Assembly: GCA_963837955.1 (NCBI GenBank)
Contig: CAWIPH010000002.1
Span: 2,976,001-3,040,000 of the forward strand
Direction of reading: 5' to 3'
DNA length: 64,000 nt
Source of the DNA: an uncultured Verrucomicrobiae bacterium
GTDB taxonomy: Bacteria; Verrucomicrobiota; Verrucomicrobiia; Chthoniobacterales; JAFAMB01
Shown: positions 52,601 to 62,209 of the stretch, piece after piece
Position numbering within the stretch: the first letter of the stretch is position 1
Layout of the letters: each line of letters begins with the position of its first letter
Notes under the pieces: model-generated
Database searches by the model: none
What the model was told of the DNA's origin: nothing
The model's input: only the letters and a program-made list of their open reading frames with translations
Program-made: the position numbers and the translations under genes

Positions 52601-55600
52601 GCTCTGTTCGGCCAGAATCTGTTGGGCCAACCGAAGTAGCCCGCTCCGACCGGAAGCGGCCTCTTGTGATTGCACGTCGATCCAGCGAGCGTTTATCCTG
52701 GGGTATTCCCGCGGGATGACCTTGATCGGTCCCATCAGTACTGCCCGTTCCGCGCTCAGGATCTCTTCCCCCCCGACGGAATGGAGGTCGTTTGAAACGA
52801 CGGTCAATTCGATGGGTTCGTTGATATCTTGGGCGCCAATTGCCTGCGCTAGAAATACCAGACTATGAAAGCATCTTTCCTGGAACGAACCTTCGCCATC
52901 CAAGGTGGATCGCGACGAAGTTGGCTCGTAGATGGGCCATAGATAAATGATTCCCCGGGGCGCACCTCGATCTTCCAAACAATGCCGCAACAGAAGATCA
53001 AAATCGGATCGAGATGCCGGATCGACTCGGAAAGCATTTCGATTCAGCACCCCAAATTCGGACCCATACGCTACACTGACCGTGTCAACCTCTCGCGCTC
53101 GCAGTTCACCTGCGAGGCAGTCACCCAAACCAAGCGGATCGCTGAAGATCAGCCACCAACCCGTCGTATCAACTTGCGTCAGGTGCGATGGAGATTCGAC
53201 AGCCTTACGCCAGACCGGCTGAAAAAAAACTAACTCTTTATTTTTCGTCTTTTCAACGACCTCAGGAACCGCTTTGGCCAATTGAACTTCGGCGGGAGCT
53301 TCAATCCAAAATCGTTGTCGCTCGAATGGATAAGTCGGAAGCAGAACTGGGTGACACTTGTCGCCCTGGTGAAACTCCGTCCAGTTAACATCGGCGCCGA
53401 CAGCCCAAAGCCGACCTAGTGTGGTGAGAAGCAGCTGCTGGTCATTTACCGATTCACGTGGTCCTCGGACTGACGAGAACACTTTTCCAAAATCATTTTT
53501 CGAAACGTGACGCTTGGTCAGACCGGACAGCACCTGTCCCGGACCAACCTCCAGAAACGCTCCTGCACCTCGCTCGATCACCTGGCGAATACCGTTCGAG
53601 AACTGGACTGTGCTCCGGATCTGTTTAGCCCAATACCCAGGATCAATGGCATGCTCCGGTTTAATCCAATCTCCAGTGAAGTTTGAAACGAAGGGAATCT
53701 GAGGCGGCCTTAGCCGGCAGTGCCCAACAAATTCAACAAATGGTTGGAGAATCGAATCAGCCGAAGCAGAATGAAAAGCGTGCGAAGTCTGTAACCGTTG
53801 GGCACTCTTATCTGCGCGGCGTAAGCGCTGCGCCAGATCATCAATAGCAGTCTCCGGCCCCGAAAATACACATTGATCAGGCGCGTTTACCGCTGCCAGG
53901 GAAACCTCTGCCGGCAGCCACGCTGCAGCTTCCGACTCCGGCAGATTCGCCGCCAACATTCCGCCTGGGGACATGCTCTGCATGAGTTGCGCTCGGAGCG
54001 CCACAATGCTCAGAGCATCTTCCAAGGAGAATACTTGAGCGATGGTGGCTGCCACTAGCTCGCCAATACTGTGCCCAATCATGCAGTCGGGACGTATACC
54101 CCAGGCCGACCAAAGCTTTGCTAGCGCCAGCTCTACTACAAAAAGCGCCGGTTGGGTGAACCTGGTTTGATTGAGAAGCTTCGTTGCCTCTTCCCGCCCA
54201 GATTCGGTGGGATAAAGTAACGTTCGAATATCAATGCCAATATGGGGCCGCAAAAGTTCCGAACAGCGATCGACTTCTCCAGAAAAGACTCGCTCACCCG
54301 CATAAAGATCACTCGTCATGCCGGCGTATTGGGTGCCCTGTCCGGGGAATAAAAAAGCCAGGGAAGAACGCGATGGCGCGGCGCCACTCACGACATTTCT
54401 TCCATTTTCGTTGCGCAGTGCCTGAACCGCTTCAGCGACCGAGCCGCATACCGCTGCCCAGCGATGAGTAAAAGCCCGTCTCCCTCGATGACAAGTGAAT
54501 GCTACGTCGGCTAAATTCACGTCTGGATCATTTTGCAGATGGTCCGCCATTCTTTGCAGTGCTCTAACCAATGCTGCCTCCGTTTTAGCGGACAGCGTCA
54601 GCAACTGCGGAGAGCGTTGCGAGTGTGACGAAGCCGTGGGCGGCGCTTCCTCCAGAATAACGTGCGCATTCGTTCCCCCAATTCCCAGCGACGTGACTCC
54701 AGCTCGCCGTGATCCCTTGAGCGATTTCCATTCGGACAACTGCGCGTTAACGTAGAACGGACTATTTTCGAAATCGATCAACGGATTCGGCTTCGTAAAA
54801 TGAAGACTTGGCGGGATTTGACGGCGCTCCAGTGCCAAGACGGTCTTAATAAAGCCGGCGACTCCGGCGGCAGCATCCAGATGTCCCACGTTGCTTTTGA
54901 GGGAGCCGATGGCACACGTCCTTTTCGCACCGGTAGACTGAAATGCTTTGGTCAGGGCAGTGATTTCGATTGGGTCACCAACAGCGGTGCCGGTCCCATG
55001 GGTCTCCACATATGCAACCGACTCGGGTTCAATACCAGCAACAGCTAGCGCCTGCCGCACCACTTCGGATTGGCCAACGACGCTCGGCGCGAAAAAGCCT
55101 GCCTTGCGAGCCCCGTCGTTGTTGACTGCCGTCCCCAGAATAACGGCATGAATTCGATCGCCGTCTTGAATGGCGTTTTCCAAACGTCGAAGCACTACGA
55201 CGCCTAGTCCGCTACTGAATACTGTGCCGCTTGAGTCGGCGGCAAACGGACGGCAACGCCCGTCCCGCGAAAGAATCTCGCCAGGGCGATAAAGGTAGCC
55301 GCAGCCATGAGGTATTTCGATAGTTACGCCGCCCGCTAAAGCCATATCGCACTCCTGACCCAACAAACTCTGACACGCGAGATGAATGGCCACGAGCGAG
55401 GTGGAGCAGGCCGTCTGAACCGACATGCTCGGTCCGTTTAGATCGAGCTGATATGAGACTCGCGTCGCCAAGACATCTTTATCGTTTCCGGTTTGCTTAA
55501 TCAGAAAGAGTCCCGATGTTTCCATCACCTTCCGGTTCGGCAATAGATTGTGAATCAGATAGCTGCTCATGCCCGAACCTGCGTATACGCCGATTGATCC

Positions 55601-55951
55601 GGGGAATTGACTCGAATCCCAGCCAGCGTTCTCTAATGCTTCCCAGGAACACTCGAGAAACAGGCGATGCTGCGGGTCCATTATTGCTGCATCTCTCGGA
55701 CTGAACCCAAAAAAATCGGCATCGAATTGATCTATTCCTTCCAGTACAGCAGCTCGTTTAACGTAATGCTCGTCCTGAGTAATCGATTGATCGACTCCGG
55801 CTGCCTCTAGATCGGCGTCTGTTAGATCCTTAATCGATTCGCGACCCTCACGAAGGTTTTCCCAAAATTGATCAAGGCTCTGCGCTCCTGGAAAACGTCC
55901 TGCCATCCCGACCACTGCGATGGCAGAGCTGTTGATCTCGGGCTGATTCAT
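49619..55951 (-). CDS. Type I PKS: KS-AT-KR-DH-ACP-TE
   Basis: KS GNDKD/VQTACSTS/HGTGT; AT GHSIG and HAFH (malonyl-type); KR GGLGGIG and YAAAN; DH HRFHGAEALLP and HPALLD; ACP GGHSL; TE GYSYGG. Confidence 0.95.
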   Translation of the reverse strand: MNQPEINSSAIAVVGMAGRFPGAQSLDQFWENLREGRESIKDLTDADLEAAGVDQSITQDEHYVKRAAVLEGIDQFDADFFGFSPRDAAIMDPQHRLFLECSWEALENAGWDSSQFPGSIGVYAGSGMSSYLIHNLLPNRKVMETSGLFLIKQTGNDKDVLATRVSYQLDLNGPSMSVQTACSTSLVAIHLACQSLLGQECDMALAGGVTIEIPHGCGYLYRPGEILSRDGRCRPFAADSSGTVFSSGLGVVVLRRLENAIQDGDRIHAVILGTAVNNDGARKAGFFAPSVVGQSEVVRQALAVAGIEPESVAYVETHGTGTAVGDPIEITALTKAFQSTGAKRTCAIGSLKSNVGHLDAAAGVAGFIKTVLALERRQIPPSLHFTKPNPLIDFENSPFYVNAQLSEWKSLKGSRRAGVTSLGIGGTNAHVILEEAPPTASSHSQRSPQLLTLSAKTEAALVRALQRMADHLQNDPDVNLADVAFTCHRGRRAFTHRWAAVCGSVAEAVQALRNENGRNVVSGAAPSRSSLAFLFPGQGTQYAGMTSDLYAGERVFSGEVDRCSELLRPHIGIDIRTLLYPTESGREEATKLLNQTRFTQPALFVVELALAKLWSAWGIRPDCMIGHSIGELVAATIAQVFSLEDALSIVALRAQLMQSMSPGGMLAANLPESEAAAWLPAEVSLAAVNAPDQCVFSGPETAIDDLAQRLRRADKSAQRLQTSHAFHSASADSILQPFVEFVGHCRLRPPQIPFVSNFTGDWIKPEHAIDPGYWAKQIRSTVQFSNGIRQVIERGAGAFLEVGPGQVLSGLTKRHVSKNDFGKVFSSVRGPRESVNDQQLLLTTLGRLWAVGADVNWTEFHQGDKCHPVLLPTYPFERQRFWIEAPAEVQLAKAVPEVVEKTKNKELVFFQPVWRKAVESPSHLTQVDTTGWWLIFSDPLGLGDCLAGELRAREVDTVSVAYGSEFGVLNRNAFRVDPASRSDFDLLLRHCLEDRGAPRGIIYLWPIYEPTSSRSTLDGEGSFQERCFHSLVFLAQAIGAQDINEPIELTVVSNDLHSVGGEEILSAERAVLMGPIKVIPREYPRINARWIDVQSQEAASGRSGLLRLAQQILAEQSQDNNDTIIAYRQGERWVSAIESVQLAPRSDLQRIKRDGVYLITGGLGGIGYAVSEFLARKKGARIALVDRTGLPARADWESLLLTAAEPLQERIRKVKQLEKMGAEVIALRGDVTLLDDMHQAVSSILNRWGTIDGVFHCAGTIHDEVIQLKERDRAESVLAPKVKGTLNLNAALSGIDLDFFLLFSSISSLIAPVGQVDYAAANAFEDAFSQMMHSLGRKNVMAINWGRWRDVGLAATNKVQPGSDSTGQRPPNWLAGRCVRANDQEVCYEQELSFERHWVLNEHRFHGAEALLPGTGYIEIARVLASKHFRAGGFELRNLSFAAPLMVDFGKTRAIQSRIFKTGDEWRFSVSAARRQEGKSPTTECVSATLHFPEETSPERFPLDETLRRCSRSTLTFSSDVQNTKQAKFLYFGPRWRSLRRIHFGERELISFSELPEEFTSDLESVGLHPALLDVATGSAMFAISGYEKTEDLYVPILYQRLRVYGALPRHCYAHITWTTDNNIQDEIVTFDLTLLDERGAVLATANEFVLRRVTDIAMFYHEGTETDFDRQRPIPVSFESKTDEEETAITTDQGIVALERLLEAGLRPQLIVAPASLQLERAVAPGQRKSTPRHNPEPLVGGDEIAPGDDIERTLVSWWSDLLGVEQVGARDDFFDLGGHSLIAVRLFTKIKKGFGLDLGVGTLFEARTIESLSRLIRGGHAVASQCIVPIHSAGSKSPLFFLHAVNGEILLYRHIVRHLEPTQPVFGVRAAQIDKNPEAVSSMEELAALYVEEILRVQPAGPYNLAGYSYGGFLAFEVARQLKLTGKEISLLAILDSVTSELNIRWSFREKMAQRATRIRYRFSILKSRGWKDWVSYLRWRAHLAKEKILEKRNGSRPEYIEWVEPEHQHVATVLRKLSSEWEPKPFAGAATLLRARDRSKTIEFDPQNGWGKLISQLAICEFDGDHVSFIREPGAEDVARKLTGLLSCQTGAQPPIQEHIVFRKAGP

Positions 55952-56089
55952 CGAGGCGAAAAAACTTGAAGAACAGTCGATAGATCAAAAACTTTTGTTT
56001 GTTTATCTTGAGCATCCGATGAGCAAACTGAAGCCTTTACCCTGTCGAACCCTGATGCTTCAAATGAAAAGCTTGGCATGAAGCCCCTC

Positions 56090-58057
56090 CTATTCGGATC
56101 TTCCGGGCTTTGATTTGCCGCGTCGCAGCAACGCTTCGCGCCGGGATTGACCGCGGAGAGTTCCATCTGCGCCGGAGGTACCGCCCTCGATCGTACCATT
56201 CAAATGACGAGCTAACAATTCGACCGTCGAATGCTCAAACAGTTCAGGCAGGGTGACGCTAATTCGCAACTGTTCCCTAAGTCTCGTAACGACCTCGACA
56301 AACGACATTGAGTTCGCTCCCAGATCGATGAAATTCTTTTGATGATCAACCGTTTGTGCGTTTAACGCCTCGCACCAGATGGAAGCAACAACTTCTTCCA
56401 ACTTCGAGGCATTTTGGAGATGGTGCGCCGACGCAACGGTTGGGGTCCGTACAGTTTTCAAGGCGCGACGATCGACCTTGCCGTTTGGCGTAAACGGCAT
56501 TGAGTCGATGTAGAAGAACGCAGAAGGAATCATGTGCGATGGTATCATCGTCTCCAGAAACGCATGAAGCTCACTCGGAGGAACCACCGTCTGGTCTGCG
56601 CCAGTGATATAGGCGAGAAGCGTCTGCTCGCCGGACCGTTCAGACTTTGCAATCACGGCGCAATTCCCCACTCGCGGATGCTTCTGAAGATGCGACTCGA
56701 TCTCCTCCAGTTCGATCCGGAACCCGTGGATCTTCACCTGATTGTCAACTCGACCAAGAAATTCTAACTCACCGTTTGGCCGATACCGAACAACATCACC
56801 TGTCCGGTAGAATCTCGCACCTGGCCGTGGATCGAACGGGTTAACCAGAAATTTTTCCGCGGTTAGCTCCGGCCGATTCAGGTAGCCACGGACGACTCCG
56901 GCACCACCAATAAATAACTCTCCTTGCGCCCCGATCGGCACCCTTCGAAGATCCTCATCGAGGACATACATTTCTGTATTGGCTATCGGTTTACCGATCG
57001 GAACTGTCTGCTCACTACTTTGCAGGCGGTAAATTGCCGACCATACGGTGGTCTCGGTCGGTCCGTATGCATTTAGCACAACGCCAGATACCGAAGCAGT
57101 AAGCATCACCGCTAAAGAACTCGGAAACGGTTCTCCTCCAACTACCAGCCTTTTGATCGAGCGAAGGGCATCTCGGAGATTTCCGCTTTCGGATAACCAC
57201 CGGATAAGCGACGGCGTGCACTGGAAGTGCGTCACTTGATATCGCTCGATTAGACGATGAATCGTGTATTCTCCATTTAGCGCGAGCTTGTCGACATCAC
57301 TTTGCAGGACGATGGTAAATCCCCGCGCCAAAGTCCAAAACAACTCCAGCACCGAGATATCAAACGAAATGCTGGTGACAGCTAACCAGACGCCCGGTCC
57401 GCCGCCCACAAACTCGTCCATGGCCACAAAGAAGTTGCTAACGTTCCGATGCTCAATCATGACTCCCTTTGGAACGCCGCTCGACCCCGAGGTATAGATG
57501 ACATACGCGAGGTTGCTGCCTTGCGCCCTACTCCGCTGACTCGGCTCCCGATTCAAATCGAGGTCTGGCAAATCTTGGTCTGTAAAGAGCATTTGAACCA
57601 AAGCATTCGAGAAACGATCGGCCAAGGATTTCTGGGTGATGAGGATCGGCGTTCCGGAGTCGCTCAACATGAGTTGAAGCCGTTCATCCGGGAACTCCGG
57701 ATCGAGCGGAAGGTAGGCCGCGCCTGTCTTCAGGATCGCTAAAAGCGCCACGATCAGGTCTACCGACCGGGGAACACAAGCTGCAACAATTACCTCCGCT
57801 CGCGCACCGAGCTTACTAAGCACTTCAGCTAAGGCTTCGGCACGTGCATTTAGTTCTCGATAGGTAAGGCTCTTTCCTTTGAAAATTACGGCGGTATGCT
57901 CCGGGCTCCGCCGCACTTGTTCCGTAAAGTAATCCTGGATGCATTTTTCCTCTGGGTATTCAGTGCCCGTCGCGTTCCATGCGGCGAAGATTTCATCCGC
58001 TTCACTCTCGCTGATGATCTCGCGAGTGGCGGTGTACGGTAATGCGTTTTCCCTCAT
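56090..58057 (-). CDS. Stand-alone NRPS A-T loading protein, Gly-like specificity code
   Basis: YTSGSSGVPKG, FDISVLE, YGPTETTVW, YRTGD and NGKVDR; PCP LGANS. Hand-read code DILQVGAVWK. Confidence 0.92.
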   Translation of the reverse strand: MRENALPYTATREIISESEADEIFAAWNATGTEYPEEKCIQDYFTEQVRRSPEHTAVIFKGKSLTYRELNARAEALAEVLSKLGARAEVIVAACVPRSVDLIVALLAILKTGAAYLPLDPEFPDERLQLMLSDSGTPILITQKSLADRFSNALVQMLFTDQDLPDLDLNREPSQRSRAQGSNLAYVIYTSGSSGVPKGVMIEHRNVSNFFVAMDEFVGGGPGVWLAVTSISFDISVLELFWTLARGFTIVLQSDVDKLALNGEYTIHRLIERYQVTHFQCTPSLIRWLSESGNLRDALRSIKRLVVGGEPFPSSLAVMLTASVSGVVLNAYGPTETTVWSAIYRLQSSEQTVPIGKPIANTEMYVLDEDLRRVPIGAQGELFIGGAGVVRGYLNRPELTAEKFLVNPFDPRPGARFYRTGDVVRYRPNGELEFLGRVDNQVKIHGFRIELEEIESHLQKHPRVGNCAVIAKSERSGEQTLLAYITGADQTVVPPSELHAFLETMIPSHMIPSAFFYIDSMPFTPNGKVDRRALKTVRTPTVASAHHLQNASKLEEVVASIWCEALNAQTVDHQKNFIDLGANSMSFVEVVTRLREQLRISVTLPELFEHSTVELLARHLNGTIEGGTSGADGTLRGQSRREALLRRGKSKPGRSE

Positions 58058-58196
58058 TTCTTACAAAGCTCCGGAGATTGCGTTTATTGTAGTTAATATC
58101 CGCCTTCCGGATCGTTTTCGATTTACCATACAGAATTCGGAGACACCGATTCTCAGTCGGTTAACTCCGCGATACACCAGAGTTTCGTCCGATGTT

Positions 58197-60005
58197 CTAG
58201 GACCTCTCAATGGCAACGCACTCAAGATGATCATCTACATTCCGCACCTTCCGGCGACGCTGAATCAGCCGATTCTCCAGGAACAAATATTCGATTCCAG
58301 TCCCAAGGAATGTTTCTACTGCCTCCTTCGGGGAATTTACTATCGGTTGCCCTTTAACATTGAAACTGGTGTTTAATACCATCTCGCAACCGGTAATATT
58401 CCCCACCTCATGCAACAGACGATGAAACTGAGGATTATCTTTTTCAGAGACAGTTTGCACTCGGGCGCTTCCATCAACATGGGTGATGGCGGGTAACTCC
58501 TTCCGGTATTCTTCTCGCACCAGCACCGTAGCAATCATGTAAGGCAGTTCTGTTCCCGGCGACACATCAAACCAAAGGTGCACTTGCTCCAAAGAAACGG
58601 CCGGCGCGAATGGTCTGAAAGCCTCCCTTTTTTTGACCATTGCATTAATCCGGTCCCGCATTGCCGGGTTTCCAGGATCCGCCAGAATGCTACGGTTACC
58701 GAGAGCTCGAGGGCCAAATTCCATTCGGCCACGATACCACGCGATAACGCACCCCTGCGCTATCAGCCGAGCAGCTTCCTGACACGTCTTTTCCAGGCTC
58801 TCGAACTCGACCACCACAATCTCGTCAGCAAACTGACTTATATCCGCATCAATCTGCTTGGCCGAATATGCTGGACCATAGAACGGCACGGGCATGCGGA
58901 TGTTCCGGACCGAATCGTTAGCCCATGAACCATACAGAGCAGCGCCGACCGCGGCGCCGTCGTCACCCGCAGCCGGCTGGACATAGATTTCATCAAAGGT
59001 CCCAGAACGCATTAAACTCCCGTTAGCAGTACAATTCAGCGCGACTCCTCCGGCCAAGGCGAGCCGGCGTAAGCCGGTCTCGGATCCGAAGTGACCACAG
59101 ATATGAAGAATGACTTTGTTCAGACACTCCTGCAAAGCAGCGGCAACATCCCGATGGGTCTGGGTGATATTCTCTTCGGGCGACCTGGCTGGTAACAGTC
59201 GCTCGGTCAGGAAACGGCGGGTCGCTAAGTAATTCTCGCGCTCTTCCCGTGTCTGGTTCAGACGGAGCGGCGGTATTCGTACCGTTCCATCTGCGTACAG
59301 CTCGACTGCCTCTTCAAAAAAACTGCGAAACCGGCTCGGATCGCCGTATGGGGCAAGCCCCATGATTTTGTACTCGTCCGCATTAAAGTCGAAACCAAGG
59401 TGAAGCGTAACGAGCGAATAGAATATGCCAATCGAATCGTTGGCAGATATTTTCTTGATTTCATCAAGTCCGTTTTTATCAGCGTGATAGACCGTAACGC
59501 TTTGAGTCTCGCCCATCGCATCGATAACGATCACCAAGCATTCGTCCCATCCGGAAGTAAGAAAAGCGCTAGAAGCGTGCGCAAGATGATGCGGGATCTG
59601 TTCTACCTTGCTCTCCGGCAGTCCAGGGAAAGCATTTTGGAGGTTTTGCAAAAGCGCTTCTCGGGAAAAAACAGTCCGATATAGTTCCGCCGAAACAGGG
59701 TCCAGATTGTACACCTCTTGGTACGGGGAATAATCGAAAGCGTGAACGACCAAATCGATGTCTTCCAGATTAAGGCCCGATTCGGCCAAGCAATAGCGAA
59801 TTGCCCCCGCTGGAAGATCGCCTGTGTGTTTTTTTAGATTGAAGCGTTCTTCGGCGGCCGCAGCGACCAAACGACCATCAGTCACCAGCGCTGCCGCCGA
59901 GTCGTGCCCCTGAGAAATGCGGAGTTCTCGGATATCAGCGCTCGGCCAATGGGACGACTTAAACTTTACTGCGTTCGCTAATCCGCTAACCCCAAGGATT
60001 CGCAC
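58197..60005 (-). CDS. Carbamoyltransferase (NodU/CmcH/TobZ family)
   Basis: HDSAAAL, EERF, HHLAHA, EYKIMGLAPYG, AGGVALN, EFGPRALGNRS, REAFRPFAP, HVDGSAR and LNTSFN. Confidence 0.95.
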   Translation of the reverse strand: MRILGVSGLANAVKFKSSHWPSADIRELRISQGHDSAAALVTDGRLVAAAAEERFNLKKHTGDLPAGAIRYCLAESGLNLEDIDLVVHAFDYSPYQEVYNLDPVSAELYRTVFSREALLQNLQNAFPGLPESKVEQIPHHLAHASSAFLTSGWDECLVIVIDAMGETQSVTVYHADKNGLDEIKKISANDSIGIFYSLVTLHLGFDFNADEYKIMGLAPYGDPSRFRSFFEEAVELYADGTVRIPPLRLNQTREERENYLATRRFLTERLLPARSPEENITQTHRDVAAALQECLNKVILHICGHFGSETGLRRLALAGGVALNCTANGSLMRSGTFDEIYVQPAAGDDGAAVGAALYGSWANDSVRNIRMPVPFYGPAYSAKQIDADISQFADEIVVVEFESLEKTCQEAARLIAQGCVIAWYRGRMEFGPRALGNRSILADPGNPAMRDRINAMVKKREAFRPFAPAVSLEQVHLWFDVSPGTELPYMIATVLVREEYRKELPAITHVDGSARVQTVSEKDNPQFHRLLHEVGNITGCEMVLNTSFNVKGQPIVNSPKEAVETFLGTGIEYLFLENRLIQRRRKVRNVDDHLECVAIERS

Positions 60006-60140
60006 GGTCCTCCAGTAGCAGAATAAGATTGGTGTTGACTACATTAAAGACAGGCATGCCTAAGGAGGAAAATACTTCTGTTACGGTTATTATGTTTTTT
60101 ATGCGCTCCATAGATCCGGCCCGGCTGACCTGAGACGACG

Positions 60141-60824
60141 TCATTTGTTTAGACACTCGGCCGCCTCACTTGAGACCAGTCGTACCGGCAGTGTAAGGCG
60201 CGGCAACGCAATCGCCGAAACAAACCCGGGTATCGCATCGAGGAAACTGACCGCCAGTTCGCCTGCATCCAGCTGGTTGAGCGGTTGCGTTAGTCCTTCC
60301 CCAGTCAATTTTAGAAATGCCTCTTTAGCCACCCAGATCCGGAGAAGTGCTAAACGGCGACTCGGAAAAGGTAACGCTGAAACTCTTCGCCATTCTGATT
60401 GCGAGCAAACGGTCCGCGCGAATTCATCTTCATCGAGGGCACGCGCTTCCGGTTCGATATCAACCCCGACCGGATCGACACAGGTAACCGCGATCAGGGA
60501 TTTTCCGTCCGAGTGAGACACGTTGAAATGCAGGCCCGCCTCCGCCAAGAAAGGTTTCCCCCGTTTTTGGTATTCAAACTTCAGCCGCTCTGGGGCACGG
60601 TTCAGGTAAGCGCCCAGAATCCTCTTTAAAATGGAACGACACACTACGAATCGCTCGCGATCGATTTCTCTTCGGAACCGGTGCGCCCGCTCCCGTTCAG
60701 TCGATTCCAGAATATCCCAATCATCTTCTTCAACTGGCCTATCCAAAGATATGGTCCACACGTCAACGCTCGATTCGGGAAGACAAAGAGCGGGCAAAAT
60801 CATCTTTGGATAATGACAAATCAT
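60141..60824 (-). CDS. Sfp-type 4'-phosphopantetheinyl transferase
   Basis: GKP, FNVSHS, VGVDIE and WVAKEA..K..GEG. Confidence 0.93.
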   Translation of the reverse strand: MICHYPKMILPALCLPESSVDVWTISLDRPVEEDDWDILESTERERAHRFRREIDRERFVVCRSILKRILGAYLNRAPERLKFEYQKRGKPFLAEAGLHFNVSHSDGKSLIAVTCVDPVGVDIEPEARALDEDEFARTVCSQSEWRRVSALPFPSRRLALLRIWVAKEAFLKLTGEGLTQPLNQLDAGELAVSFLDAIPGFVSAIALPRLTLPVRLVSSEAAECLNK

Positions 60825-61010
60825 GGATCTTGCGTCTCTCTCATTTTGGCGGGATTAAAATCGGTAGTGTAGAAGCCTGTAATTGGAGAGATCGGCTTTT
60901 TACCAGGCTTCTGAAGCCAATAATACCGATAATTCCAGATTCGCTGCTCGCGCCGCCCGCGTTGCATAGGCATGGAGCTTCGAGTGCGCCTATTCCCGCA
61001 ACGCAATGTA

Positions 61011-62036
61011 CTAGTTGGGAGAGATCTGGGCCTCCGCGGATATACGCTTTACCTCTTCGAATTCCGGACCCCGCCACCAGCTCCGGTAGAGCAATATGTT
61101 TCCATGCCGTACCGCATCCAGAATCGGCTGGCGCACACGCGCTAGATCAACGTTGCCGGTATAAACCACACTAAAGGCCTTCGGGGAAGTCGTGTAGTGC
61201 TCCCAGGCGGGGGTACGAGTCCCGGGCCACTTTTCTAGTGCAGCTGGATCATAATAAGGCGCGCAACAACTAAAATAACTCGCGTTTTCAAACTCCGGAA
61301 CTAGCAAAGCATCGGGATATTTCTCGTGTAGTCGTTCAAAGATGCCGATGTCATACAATCCGAAATTCCAGAAACCAAAGTTCGAGTCGATGTAAAATAA
61401 AGAGCAGTTCCAGCGCCTCCGAGCATAGGCAATCTTGCGATCCAGTTCGTCGTAAATTGCATCGGAGTCGAAATAATATTCCTTTTGCTCATAGCGGTCT
61501 GGCTTTGCAAATTCGAGATGTTGAGGTCTGAGTAAAACCCCGACCCGGAGGGACGCTTCCGTGAATTTGTGAAAGAACTCGTCGACAACTTCGTCCATTT
61601 CGGGTGCGATGCGCGCCAACATTCCCGGATTGCCAATGTATGTCGGATTGGGATGTGGAAATTGCTCGCCTTCAACGTCCCAGACAATCATACCTTGCGC
61701 ATTCATTTCTCGGAGCAACTGAACGGATCGGTCGGCATAAGCGAGAAGCGCTCGTCGAAATTCCTCGCGTCCACCCGGTGTCGTAACGTCAAGATGTTCA
61801 TCGTTAAACCAGCCCCGTGGATTGCCCTTCCAGCCGGCATTGTCTCGGGCAAGAAATAACGCGCCGATGGGGCGTCTATCTGGCCAGTCAACTGAATTGG
61901 TACGGGCCGGTTTGCAGCTCGCGAATAGGAAGAGCGAAACGATGATCATTACGATTCGTCCAGTAACGGACTGGCCGGGTTTCGACGGCCAAGCATAAGA
62001 GCTCTCCTTATAACTCCCATATTTATTCGATCCCAT
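61011..62036 (-). CDS. Hypothetical exported (lipo)protein, possible glycoside-hydrolase-like fold
   Basis: Hydrophobic stretch ending FASC (lipobox-like); motifs WPDRRPIG, WDVEG and FYIDSN are shared with the paralog at about 63038 onward. Confidence 0.6.
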   Translation of the reverse strand: MGSNKYGSYKESSYAWPSKPGQSVTGRIVMIIVSLFLFASCKPARTNSVDWPDRRPIGALFLARDNAGWKGNPRGWFNDEHLDVTTPGGREEFRRALLAYADRSVQLLREMNAQGMIVWDVEGEQFPHPNPTYIGNPGMLARIAPEMDEVVDEFFHKFTEASLRVGVLLRPQHLEFAKPDRYEQKEYYFDSDAIYDELDRKIAYARRRWNCSLFYIDSNFGFWNFGLYDIGIFERLHEKYPDALLVPEFENASYFSCCAPYYDPAALEKWPGTRTPAWEHYTTSPKAFSVVYTGNVDLARVRQPILDAVRHGNILLYRSWWRGPEFEEVKRISAEAQISPN

Positions 62037-62209
62037 TATTTTCAGTGCAGTAAGCTCAAATTAAAACTACGACTCGAAATGAAACCCGCTTCGGCGCGCG
62101 TCGTTACTCAGTTATCACAGATCCAGTCAAGGTTTTGGCGCATCCAAGCCAGCCAATAGATCGGTTCCGGCTGCAGCCGAACGATACAATCATAAAATTT
62201 TAGCTGAGA

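Noticed and set aside
49619..55951. Enediyne or PUFA synthase call based on the KR-DH order
   Set aside because: There is a single ACP after the DH, a terminal TE and a hybrid-type KS, and no enediyne or pfa accessory genes.
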